20,000 nt of DNA from an uncultured virus (IMG/VR IMGVR_UViG_3300010883_000002) (IMGVR_UViG_3300010883_000002); one strand, 5' to 3'; positions 1-7,823 are shown, counted from the stretch's first letter. The notes: generated from the letters alone by a model not told the origin. Numbers and translations: made by a program.

Positions 1-186
1 GTAAGCGAGATTTTAGAAGAAGCTATTAGTAAATTGGAAGAGACACGAAAAGATGCTGGCAAATTTGAAGAAAAAGGAAATGCCTCTGCTGGTGTTCGTG
101 TGAGAAAGCAAGCCCAAGTTGTTCGTGCTTTGCTTAAGGACTTACGGGCGAAAGTTCAAGACCTTAAAAGCGAACAGTCAGAATAG
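1..186 (+). CDS. Histone H1-like / Hc1-family small nucleoid DNA-binding protein (5'-truncated by window edge; missing from the ORF track)
   Basis: Frame 1 is open from base 1 to TAG 184-186: VSEILEEAISKLEETRKDAGKFEEKGNASAGVRVRKQAQVVRALLKDLRAKVQDLKSEQSE*. The D-x-x-KF-x-x-KGN-x-x-AG-x-R-x-RK pattern is the hallmark of the Hc1 / Bacteroidota 'histone H1' family. Confidence 0.75.
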   Translation, partial: VSEILEEAISKLEETRKDAGKFEEKGNASAGVRVRKQAQVVRALLKDLRAKVQDLKSEQSE

Positions 187-199
187 GAGAGTTAATGAC

Positions 200-757
200 A
201 TGGCTGATGTATTAGAAATTGTAAGAGGCATTTCGGACATTTTAACTAAAATGCACGATGGTGCTCTGGACGAGAAGGGTGAACCAGTAAAAATTGGTTT
301 ACGCAGAGAGGAAGAGATTCCAATTACGGACAGTAGGGTTGTTGACGGCTTCGCTGTGAAGTTTGATAACGAGAAGCTGTGTGTCTATTATCACTCTGAT
401 GTAAAACTCAAAGAGGTGCATTCCAATGGTTTTGAAAACGAGATGAGCGGATATATTGATTCGGTTGTTTCTCACATTAAGAAGCAATACCGAAAAAATA
501 TTGGCTCACACCTTGGTCTTACTAAAGAGGGTGAAGTAGATGTTAAGGTGCAGACCATTAGCCGAGTCAGAAGCGCAGTTGTCGCTAGGCAAGATTTTAA
601 AATTGGCGGCTTTGGAAAAGATGTTGACATTTTAGAAAACGAAAGCGACGACAGTGTTGATAAGAATTTTAAAAGTTGGCTCAAGATGGGCGACGAGGTT
701 GGTTCAGGTGCAAAGAAGAATCAAGCTGATAGTAGAAAACAAGGGGATGAAGAATAA
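200..757 (+). CDS. Hypothetical phage protein (185 aa)
   Basis: Part of track ORF 119..757. ATG at 200 follows SD AGGAG (185-189) and avoids overlap with the upstream Hc1-like gene. No family recognised. Confidence 0.7.
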   Translation: MADVLEIVRGISDILTKMHDGALDEKGEPVKIGLRREEEIPITDSRVVDGFAVKFDNEKLCVYYHSDVKLKEVHSNGFENEMSGYIDSVVSHIKKQYRKNIGSHLGLTKEGEVDVKVQTISRVRSAVVARQDFKIGGFGKDVDILENESDDSVDKNFKSWLKMGDEVGSGAKKNQADSRKQGDEE

Positions 758-1050
758 TGGCTAATCAAATGAAAATTACCAAGACGAGGTTAAAGGAGAT
801 TATCTCTGAAGAACTTTCTCGATTTAATAACAGGCGAACTGTAGTCAAAAACGAAGCCTCTGATAACAAAACGTTTGAAATGGTTGATGCTATTCTCAAT
901 GCTATGGAACCACAAGAGGCTTTTGAAAATCTTGTGCAGGCAATGGAAAAATCGCTAGTGCAGGAGCTACTTCTCTTTATTATCCAACAATATGAAATCC
1001 CCTTCGACGGCAACGACGAAGTGGAAGAGTACAATCCGTCAGATTTTTAA
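757..1050 (+). CDS. Hypothetical small acidic protein with MKITKTRLKEIISEE N-terminal motif (possible head-packaged protein)
   Basis: TAATG stop/start overlap with the previous gene. Amphipathic leader ending in I-x-E-E, acidic helical body. Confidence 0.7.
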   Translation: MANQMKITKTRLKEIISEELSRFNNRRTVVKNEASDNKTFEMVDAILNAMEPQEAFENLVQAMEKSLVQELLLFIIQQYEIPFDGNDEVEEYNPSDF

Positions 1051-1071
1051 AAGAGAATAGAGAGAGAATGA

Positions 1072-2649
1072 ATGTCTTATCAGCCAACCAAGGAAGAAAT
1101 TGTCAGAGAAATTGTAAAGTGTGGAAAAGATCCTGTTTACTTTCTTAATAATTATGGGAAGATTGCCCATCCTGAACGTGGTTTGATTTCATTTAAGACG
1201 TACCCTTTTCAAGACGACCTCCTTCAAAACTTCAAAGACCATAGATTCGCAGTTATTCTTAAAGCTAGACAGCTAGGCATTTCAACAATCGTTTCTGGAT
1301 ATATTGTTTGGCTGATGATGTTCCATCGAGACAAGAGCGTTCTCGTTATGGCAACCAAGTTTGGCACGGCAACAAACCTTGTCAAGAAAGTAAAAAACAT
1401 TTTAAAGCATATTCCTGATTGGTTAAAAATTGCTCATGTCGAGGTAGATAATAGAACTTCGTTTGAGCTTACAAATGGTTCATTCATTAAAGCCTCATCA
1501 ACGTCTGCCGATGCTGGACGTTCTGAGGCTCTTTCCTTGTTGGTGTTGGACGAAGCGGCACACATTGAGGGACTAGAAGAACTGTGGGCGGGTCTTTATC
1601 CCACCCTATCAACTGGTGGTAGCTGTATTGCACTGTCAACGCCCAACGGCGTTGGGAACTGGTTCCATAAAGCATATTCAGAAGCCGACGAAGGCATGAA
1701 TGACTTCTTCCCGACGATCCTGCCGTGGGATGTACATCCAGAACGAGACATGGCGTGGTATGAAAAAGAAACTCGCAACATGGCGAAAAGGGAAATTGCA
1801 CAAGAGCTTGAGTGCAACTTCAACATGTCTGGCGAGACAGTCATCCACCCTCAAGATATTCAAAGGTTGTCAACTTTAACTGCGAAGCCAGAACATAGAG
1901 CAGGGTTTGATAGAAATCTTTATATTTGGAAAAACTTTGATCCGGCAAATTCATATATAGTTTCTGCCGATGTTGCCCGTGGCGACGGAAAAGATTTTTC
2001 AACTTTTCACATCATTGATGTGACGAACATGGAACAGGTAGCAGAATATCGTGGGAAGCCCGACTTAGATTTGTTTGCAAATATATTGTTTGATGCTGGT
2101 GCTTCGTATGGGAACTGTATGATTGTCGTGGAGAACAACAATGTGGGCTATGCTGTTTTAACGAAATTGATAGAAAGAGAATATCCCAACGTATACCACT
2201 CAATTAAATCAACGCACGAATACATTGAACAATATCAAGCTGAGTCACGGTCAAATGCAGTGCCGGGGTTTACGACTTCTATGAAAACTAGACCTTTGAT
2301 TATAGCAAAATTAGAGGAATTCATTCGGAACAAACTAATTATAATTAACTCAGGTAGAACTATTACAGAGATTAAGACGTTTATCTGGAACAATGGAAAG
2401 CCAGAAGCCATGAAAGGGTATAATGATGATTTGGTTATGGCTCTGGCTATAGCCTGTTGGGTAAGAGATACAGCATTGGTCGGAGGTCAACGAGATTTAG
2501 AATATAAGAAGGCTCTTCTCGCTGGGTTCTCTAGGAGCAACACAACCTTTACCTCAACAATACCCGGTATGAATAATTATGATGCTGACCAAAAGCGACG
2601 AGATATAAAAGAACAGATGGACCCGTTTTTGTGGCTCACTAAAGGATAA
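1072..2649 (+). CDS. terL: Terminase large subunit (T4 gp17-like)
   Basis: Adenine-binding YPFQ, Walker A LKARQLGIST, Walker B LLVLDEAA, coupling motif STPNG, RNase H-like nuclease motifs ADVARGDGKDFS, VVENN and DDLVMALA. Confidence 0.96.
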   Translation: MSYQPTKEEIVREIVKCGKDPVYFLNNYGKIAHPERGLISFKTYPFQDDLLQNFKDHRFAVILKARQLGISTIVSGYIVWLMMFHRDKSVLVMATKFGTATNLVKKVKNILKHIPDWLKIAHVEVDNRTSFELTNGSFIKASSTSADAGRSEALSLLVLDEAAHIEGLEELWAGLYPTLSTGGSCIALSTPNGVGNWFHKAYSEADEGMNDFFPTILPWDVHPERDMAWYEKETRNMAKREIAQELECNFNMSGETVIHPQDIQRLSTLTAKPEHRAGFDRNLYIWKNFDPANSYIVSADVARGDGKDFSTFHIIDVTNMEQVAEYRGKPDLDLFANILFDAGASYGNCMIVVENNNVGYAVLTKLIEREYPNVYHSIKSTHEYIEQYQAESRSNAVPGFTTSMKTRPLIIAKLEEFIRNKLIIINSGRTITEIKTFIWNNGKPEAMKGYNDDLVMALAIACWVRDTALVGGQRDLEYKKALLAGFSRSNTTFTSTIPGMNNYDADQKRRDIKEQMDPFLWLTKG

Positions 2650-2664
2650 CGGTAAGGAAAAGAA

Positions 2665-4617
2665 ATGGCAGATAGAAGATTAAATCCAAAAAATGATGAG
2701 TCTATTTTATTTAGGCAACTGACTCGTTTGTTCTCCGGTCCTATTGTAAAGTACCGGGCACAGACGCAGCGCCGATTTAGAAGAAAGCAACTCGATAAGT
2801 ATGCAAACGAATTTCAATCAACGTCGGGATTACAGTTTAAGAAGAGTGCTTCCGGTCCCTTGGACGGTCTTGGTTCAGAAGCAATTCGGATGGCGGATAA
2901 GGCTGCTCGTTATATAGACTTTGAACAAATGGAATACATGCCAGAGATTGCATCTGCGTTAGATATTTATGCCGATGAAATGACAACCTCCACCGTGCTT
3001 AATGATTTGCTCACTGTCACAACTGCAAACCGAGAGATTAAGGATATTCTAAAATCTTTATTTTCTAATGTTGTTAATGTCGAGCACAACTTGTTTGGTT
3101 GGGCACGAACGATGTGTAAATTTGGAGACTTTTTTCTTTATTTAAATATTGATGAGAAGCTGGGAATCCTTAATACTATTGCTTTGCCTCCACAAGAGGT
3201 TGAAAGGTTAGAAGGAGAAGATCCAACAAATCCAAATTACGTTCAATATCAGTGGAACTCTGGTGGCGTGACTTTTGAAAATTGGCAGATTGCACACTTT
3301 AGAGTTTTAGGAAATGACAAATATGCTCCATACGGCACGTCGGTCCTAGAACCAGCCCGTCGCATCTGGAGACAGTTGACACTTCTTGAAGATGCTATGA
3401 TGGCTTATCGTATTGTCCGTTCACCGGAGCGCAAAGTTTTTTATGTTGATGTGGGCAATATTGCACCACAAGACATTGAGCAATATATGGAGAGAATTAA
3501 AACTACGATGAAGCGCAATCAAGTTGTCGATCCCAATACGGGTCGAGTTGATTTGCGCTACAACCCAATGAGCGTTGACGAAGATTTTTTCGTTCCCATT
3601 CGCAACGACTCCCGAACTAGGATTGAAAATCTCCCCGGTGGAGCACACGCTACTGACATTGATGATGTAAAATATTTAAGAGATAAATTGTTTTCTGCGT
3701 TGAAGGTTCCGCCGTCTTATCTAACACAGGGCGTCGGCGGCGAAGGCGGCGATGACGATAAAACAACCTTAGCTCAGAAAGATATTAGGTTTGCAAGAAC
3801 AATTACTAGATTACAACGGGCGGTTGTCAGCGAGCTAGAAAAAATTGGAGTTGTCCATCTTTATACTTTAGGATACCGAGGCGAAGACTTGGTGACTTTT
3901 AAATTATCGTTGAACAACCCGTCAAAAATTGCAGAGCTTCAAGAGTTGGAGCACTGGAACACAAAGTTTGATGTAGCTTCGGCAGCAACAGAGGGCTTCT
4001 TCTCCCGGCGATGGATTGCAACTAAATTACTTGGAATGTCTGATGAAGAATTCCTTAAGAACCAGAGAGAACAATATTTTGATAAGTTATTTGATGCCTC
4101 ACTTGAAGCAGCAGGCGAAGAGGGCGCAGGCGGTGAAGGCGACGACGGCGGCGGCGGCTTAGATGACCTTGGTGGTGACGATGACCTTGGTGGTGACGAT
4201 GACCTTGGTGGTGATGAAGGTGAAGAGGGTGACGAAACTCTCCTTGCGGCACCAGCAAAGCGTGATGATGGAACTATATCCACAACAACGCCACGTTCTA
4301 GGGGCAAACGCCACGTTCCTAAGACACACAAAGGCAAGCCACAGCAGGGCGGCGACCGTCGAAACGTTGGTGGACGAAAAAGACATAACAACGCTAAGTG
4401 GTCAGCAGAATTAGCTTCTAATACACCAAGAAATACACACAAGGGTTCTTTAGAATTAATGGGCTTAGCAAATTTGTCTGAATCTTTAGAAGCAACTAAT
4501 TATGATGTGCAGGAACAATTACAGGAACAAGAGATATTGAATGTGACGGCAGAGGTCAATCGTCTTATTTCCGACATGGAGAAGAAAGAAAGTGAGAAAA
4601 AGAATGATGAGACATAA
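2665..4617 (+). CDS. Portal protein (T4 gp20-like) with long low-complexity C-terminal extension
   Basis: gp20-type motifs PEIASALDIYADE, LLEDAMMAYRIVRSPERKVFYVDVGN, EDFFVP, IENLPGG, IDDVKYLRDKLFSALKVP, KDIRFARTI. Located directly after terL. Confidence 0.95.
   Translation: MADRRLNPKNDESILFRQLTRLFSGPIVKYRAQTQRRFRRKQLDKYANEFQSTSGLQFKKSASGPLDGLGSEAIRMADKAARYIDFEQMEYMPEIASALDIYADEMTTSTVLNDLLTVTTANREIKDILKSLFSNVVNVEHNLFGWARTMCKFGDFFLYLNIDEKLGILNTIALPPQEVERLEGEDPTNPNYVQYQWNSGGVTFENWQIAHFRVLGNDKYAPYGTSVLEPARRIWRQLTLLEDAMMAYRIVRSPERKVFYVDVGNIAPQDIEQYMERIKTTMKRNQVVDPNTGRVDLRYNPMSVDEDFFVPIRNDSRTRIENLPGGAHATDIDDVKYLRDKLFSALKVPPSYLTQGVGGEGGDDDKTTLAQKDIRFARTITRLQRAVVSELEKIGVVHLYTLGYRGEDLVTFKLSLNNPSKIAELQELEHWNTKFDVASAATEGFFSRRWIATKLLGMSDEEFLKNQREQYFDKLFDASLEAAGEEGAGGEGDDGGGGLDDLGGDDDLGGDDDLGGDEGEEGDETLLAAPAKRDDGTISTTTPRSRGKRHVPKTHKGKPQQGGDRRNVGGRKRHNNAKWSAELASNTPRNTHKGSLELMGLANLSESLEATNYDVQEQLQEQEILNVTAEVNRLISDMEKKESEKKNDET
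4162..4215 (+). repeat. 18-bp tandem repeat x3 (GATGACCTTGGTGGTGAC/T) encoding DDLGGD in the portal tail
   Basis: Copies at 4162-4179, 4180-4197 and 4198-4215; only the last base of copy 3 differs. Confidence 0.92.
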
Positions 4618-5419
4618 GCATAATAAAAAACGAAATACAGCATTCTTATATGAGGTTCTTGTAAAAGAATTGACCAAGGCGGTGGTTTCTAAAAATAATG
4701 GGAAAAAGTCTGCTGCGGTTTCTATCATTAGAAAGCATTTCAAAAAGGGGAGTACGCTCGACAGGGATCTACAACTATATAAATCCTTAAGCGAAACAAC
4801 CTCCGTGGAAAAGCGGGTGGCAGAAAAAATTCTTCATGAAGCACACTATCAAAGGAAGGTAATTTCTGGCGAAGGTCTTTATGATGCCCAGTCCGAATTA
4901 ATCAACGATGTTAATCAAGAATTGTCTCCAAGCGTCTTCGGCAACTTTGTTCCAAATTATAAATACTTGGCTACGATTTCTCAAATGTTTGACGAGACAG
5001 CTTCAATTAAAAGCAGGGTGATGTTAGAGTCTAATATTATTGATAAAATGTCATCGGATGCGGGTGTTGATAATCTGCAACCAATTAGCAATTTAACTTA
5101 TCGGACATTTGCTAAAAAGTTTAACGATGCATATGACGGCTTACATGAAGAACAAAAAGAGATTTTAAAAAGATACGTCTTCTCGGCTACCGATAATGGA
5201 ATTGCATTGAAGACATACTTGAATGAAGAAATTGGTAGGCTACGCAAAGCCGTAATCAAGTCTAAGAAAACAAGAGAAATTAAGAACGACAAATCCATGT
5301 TGGATAACACCGACCGTGTTTTGGAAATATTAAATTCATTCAAGGACAGTAAGATTAATGAAGAACAGATTCGTAAGGTTTTAAAGATTCAAGAGTTGGC
5401 AAGAGAGGTTATAGAGTAA
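4604..5419 (+). CDS. Hypothetical head-module protein (helical, basic N-terminus RHKHNKKRNTAFLYE)
   Basis: Track ORF 4592..5419; ATG at 4604 or 4607 overlaps the portal end (stop 4615-4617). Position between portal and protease suggests a head-assembly role. Confidence 0.75.
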   Translation: MMRHKHNKKRNTAFLYEVLVKELTKAVVSKNNGKKSAAVSIIRKHFKKGSTLDRDLQLYKSLSETTSVEKRVAEKILHEAHYQRKVISGEGLYDAQSELINDVNQELSPSVFGNFVPNYKYLATISQMFDETASIKSRVMLESNIIDKMSSDAGVDNLQPISNLTYRTFAKKFNDAYDGLHEEQKEILKRYVFSATDNGIALKTYLNEEIGRLRKAVIKSKKTREIKNDKSMLDNTDRVLEILNSFKDSKINEEQIRKVLKIQELAREVIE

Positions 5420-6000
5420 TGTCTATTAATATTGCCGTGGGCGAAGAGGCAGTCAAGGCGCAAGAAGAAGCGGCGGCTGAAGAGCCACGTCATCCTTCGA
5501 TGGAAATGGTCGTAAGAAAGACTATGGACGGCAATATTATGATTTTGGATCACTTAGATATGGACATTGTTGTAATGCCTCAAGATGGCAAAGTCCTCGC
5601 CTTGGCAAAAGATAATTTTGATGATGATGTATATGATTCACAAGATCGGCTTTTTAAATATCTTTCCCAAAACGGAGTGGTGATGCCAGACTCAATTCGG
5701 GGTGGAAACGTATACGGTTCTTTGGAGGGAAAATTCCCTACCGAATCTGCCAGCGGAGCAGACCCACTACAAACGGTTGTCTTTAGTGTCGGCAAATGGA
5801 TCGAAGAAGAAAGACCTTATTTCGCATACACCAAAGCAATCGAAGATCAAGAAACAGAAAGATTAACTAATCCAGACGATCAAGCCTCTACAGAGTTGGG
5901 CGAGGTTCCTCAAGAGCGAGTGAAGGGTGTTCACCCTTCCGACCCGCTGGGAGCGTGGTACAAACAGAGGGGAAACACACCCGAAGCTGGGAGTGAATAA
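5419..6000 (+). CDS. Hypothetical acidic protein (193 aa)
   Basis: TAATG coupling to the previous gene, long ORF, no family recognised. Confidence 0.75.
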   Translation: MSINIAVGEEAVKAQEEAAAEEPRHPSMEMVVRKTMDGNIMILDHLDMDIVVMPQDGKVLALAKDNFDDDVYDSQDRLFKYLSQNGVVMPDSIRGGNVYGSLEGKFPTESASGADPLQTVVFSVGKWIEEERPYFAYTKAIEDQETERLTNPDDQASTELGEVPQERVKGVHPSDPLGAWYKQRGNTPEAGSE

Positions 6001-6312
6001 ATGGGGCTATTATGGTTTGTCTTGTCTGCGTTCGGTCTAACACAACTGTTAGTCTATGCCTCTATCCTCGACCCTGTTCGACCATCCAAAGGAAAACTCG
6101 GTGAGCTTTTTCATTGCCCGATGTGTACCGGATTTTGGGTTGGTTTGTTTTTGTGTGGGATAAATCACTGGACGGAACTATTTAGTTTTGAGTACACGGT
6201 GGCAAACTTTATAATTTGCGGCAGTGTGTCCTCAGCAACATCTTATGTACTTAATATGTTGTTTGATGACGGTGGACTAAAGATTAAGCAATCTCATGTA
6301 ATGGAGGAATAA
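6001..6312 (+). CDS. Small membrane protein with CxxC motif, DUF1360-like
   Basis: Three hydrophobic segments. LGELFHCPMCTGFWVG matches the DUF1360-type LGEL-x-x-CP-x-C-x-G-x-WV motif as recalled. Confidence 0.7.
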   Translation: MGLLWFVLSAFGLTQLLVYASILDPVRPSKGKLGELFHCPMCTGFWVGLFLCGINHWTELFSFEYTVANFIICGSVSSATSYVLNMLFDDGGLKIKQSHVMEE

Positions 6313-6314
6313 TT

Positions 6315-6401
6315 GTGGTTACTAATAATATGATTGAAAGTCATGCGAGCTTAGAGAAGTGGATGCTTCAACCTGTTCGACACTGCTGTAAGGGTAGGTA
6401 A
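6315..6401 (+). CDS. Putative 28-aa peptide MVTNNMIESHASLEKWMLQPVRHCCKGR (below ORF-track cutoff)
   Basis: SD GGAGG at 6303-6307, GTG at 6315 (alternative ATG at 6330), TAA at 6399-6401. Fills the gap in an otherwise tightly packed operon. Confidence 0.55.
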   Translation: MVTNNMIESHASLEKWMLQPVRHCCKGR

Positions 6402-6405
6402 CTTT

Positions 6406-6437
6406 GCCCTGTGCATAAGTTGCTTTTTGTGCAGGGC
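6406..6437 (+). other. RNA stem-loop immediately upstream of the protease RBS
   Basis: GCCCTGTGCA (6406-6415) pairs with TGTGCAGGGC (6428-6437): 6 perfect outer pairs plus inner pairs including two G-U. No U-tract follows. SD GAGGA at 6442-6446. Confidence 0.55.
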
Positions 6438-6454
6438 TGACGAGGAATAAAAAA

Positions 6455-7063
6455 ATGGCTAAAGTTCTATTGAGAGAATATTATGAATTATGTGAAGGTG
6501 GTGTCTGCCATGATCTTCTTACCGAAGAAGAAAAAAGGGAAGTCGCCAACGGCGCACTATATTTAACTGGTATCATGCAGAAGGCAGACGAGTTAAATGG
6601 AAACGGAAGAGTATATCCATATAAAGTGCTTAATCGAGAAGTTAAAAATTATACAAAGATTGTTAACGAGAAGAGAGCACTTGGAGAGCTAGACCACCCA
6701 GAGGATTCTGTAGTGAATCTTAAGAATGCATCCCACATGGTAACGAAAGTTTGGTGGGATGGACGAAATGTTATGGGGAAGGTTCGTGTTCTTAACACAC
6801 CGTCTGGAAACATTTTAAAATCACTTGTTGATGGTGGAGTGTCCCTTGGAATTTCTTCCCGTGGTCTTGGTTCTGTACATGAAGATAATGACGGAGCCAC
6901 TGTTGTTGAAGATGACTTTCAGTTGATTTGTTTTGACTTTGTATCTGAGCCTTCAACTACTGGAGCGTATATGTCCTTGTCAGAAGGTAAGCAACAAAAT
7001 GTTTTTAACAAAGCTGATAGAATTAATCGGCTATTAAATGAGATAGTGGGTGGTGAAGAGTGA
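6455..7063 (+). CDS. Prohead core protease (T4 gp21-like)
   Basis: Motifs NGNGRVYP, ALGELDHP, ASHMV (His), GISSRGLGS (Ser) and DFVSEPST. Confidence 0.95.
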   Translation: MAKVLLREYYELCEGGVCHDLLTEEEKREVANGALYLTGIMQKADELNGNGRVYPYKVLNREVKNYTKIVNEKRALGELDHPEDSVVNLKNASHMVTKVWWDGRNVMGKVRVLNTPSGNILKSLVDGGVSLGISSRGLGSVHEDNDGATVVEDDFQLICFDFVSEPSTTGAYMSLSEGKQQNVFNKADRINRLLNEIVGGEE

Positions 7064-7506
7064 AAATTAACGAACTTAAGAAAATTCTAAAACCTTTAAT
7101 TAAGGAGTGCATTAAGGAGGTGATTTTTGAATCAGGTGTACTTTCAAAGGTTGTGACGGAGGTTGCTCATGGAATGAGTGTTGCCCAAAATGGGCAACAG
7201 GTTGTTTCTGAACAACAGCAAAGTCCAGTGGAACGAGAAGAGGTTCGCAGAGAAAAGCTGAGAGAAGTTAATGAGCAAAGACGACAATTGAGAGATTCAA
7301 TAGGTTCGGATGCTTATAACGGCATCAATGTTTTTGAGGGCACTGACCCATTAGACTCTGGTGGAACACCAGATGCGCCTTCATCGGGATCGGGTCATGG
7401 ACCTTTAGCTGGACGAAACCCGTCTGATGCTGGTGTAGACCTTGGCAGTTTGATGGGCGGTGGTCGCTCCGCTGCGTGGAAGATTTTAGCCAACGGCAAA
7501 GGATAA
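7060..7506 (+). CDS. Hypothetical protein, probable prohead core component
   Basis: GTGA start/stop overlap with the protease gene. N-terminal LKPLIKECIKEVIFE repeats I-x-E, central charged helix, C-terminal WKILANG. Confidence 0.7.
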   Translation: MKINELKKILKPLIKECIKEVIFESGVLSKVVTEVAHGMSVAQNGQQVVSEQQQSPVEREEVRREKLREVNEQRRQLRDSIGSDAYNGINVFEGTDPLDSGGTPDAPSSGSGHGPLAGRNPSDAGVDLGSLMGGGRSAAWKILANGKG

Positions 7507-7509
7507 ACA

Positions 7510-7755
7510 ATGGCAAATAATGCAGAAGTTAAGGTAAGACCGCATGAATCTATTGATAAAGCGATTCGACGGTTCAGTAAGATGGTTCGACGGTCTGGTA
7601 TTCTAGATGAAGTCAAAAGAAAAAGATACTATGAAAAACCTTCCGTTAAGAAAAAAAGAAAAAAAGAAGATGCTGCACATCGACGCTGGATTGAAGAAAG
7701 AAGAGAAGAAAAGAAAGCAGCCAAAGCAGCGAAATCATCACACAATCAAAGATAA
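7510..7755 (+). CDS. rpsU: Phage-encoded 30S ribosomal protein bS21
   Basis: VKVRPHESIDKAIRRFSKMVRRSGILDEVKRKRYYEKPSVKKKRK matches the bS21 consensus (V-x-V-x-x-x-E-x-x-x-x-A-x-RRF...G-I-L-x-E...YEKPS). Confidence 0.93.
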   Translation: MANNAEVKVRPHESIDKAIRRFSKMVRRSGILDEVKRKRYYEKPSVKKKRKKEDAAHRRWIEERREEKKAAKAAKSSHNQR

Positions 7756-7786
7756 TGTTAGTTTTGGGTTTATTTTAAGGTGCGAT

Positions 7787-7796
7787 ACTAATTATA
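7787..7796 (+). promoter_or_regulatory. Putative late-promoter motif ACTAATTATA upstream of the tubulin gene
   Basis: Intergenic copy of the recurring ACTAHTTAT motif, 27 nt before ATG 7824. It overlaps a TATAAT at 7793-7798 that has no good -35. Confidence 0.6.
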
Positions 7797-7823
7797 ATCG
7801 CAACCAGAGAGAGGGAGTATTAT

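Noticed and set aside
119..199. 5' extension of track ORF 119..757
   Set aside because: It overlaps the Hc1-like frame and has no SD; ATG 200 has a good AGGAG.
1255..1290. Terminase Walker A lacks the canonical GKT/S (KARQLGIST)
   Set aside because: Deviant Walker A motifs with the Lys shifted N-terminally are known in large terminases; all other motifs are intact, so it is not a pseudogene.
4162..4215. Tandem repeat as possible CRISPR array or iteron/centromere for the tubulin
   Set aside because: No spacers, in-frame 18-bp coding unit, inside the portal gene and far from the tubulin gene.
3939..4442. Minus-strand Ser/Pro-rich 167-aa ORF and other ORFs over the portal repeat
   Set aside because: Antisense or off-frame shadows of the Gly/Asp repeat; no RBS or independent protein features.
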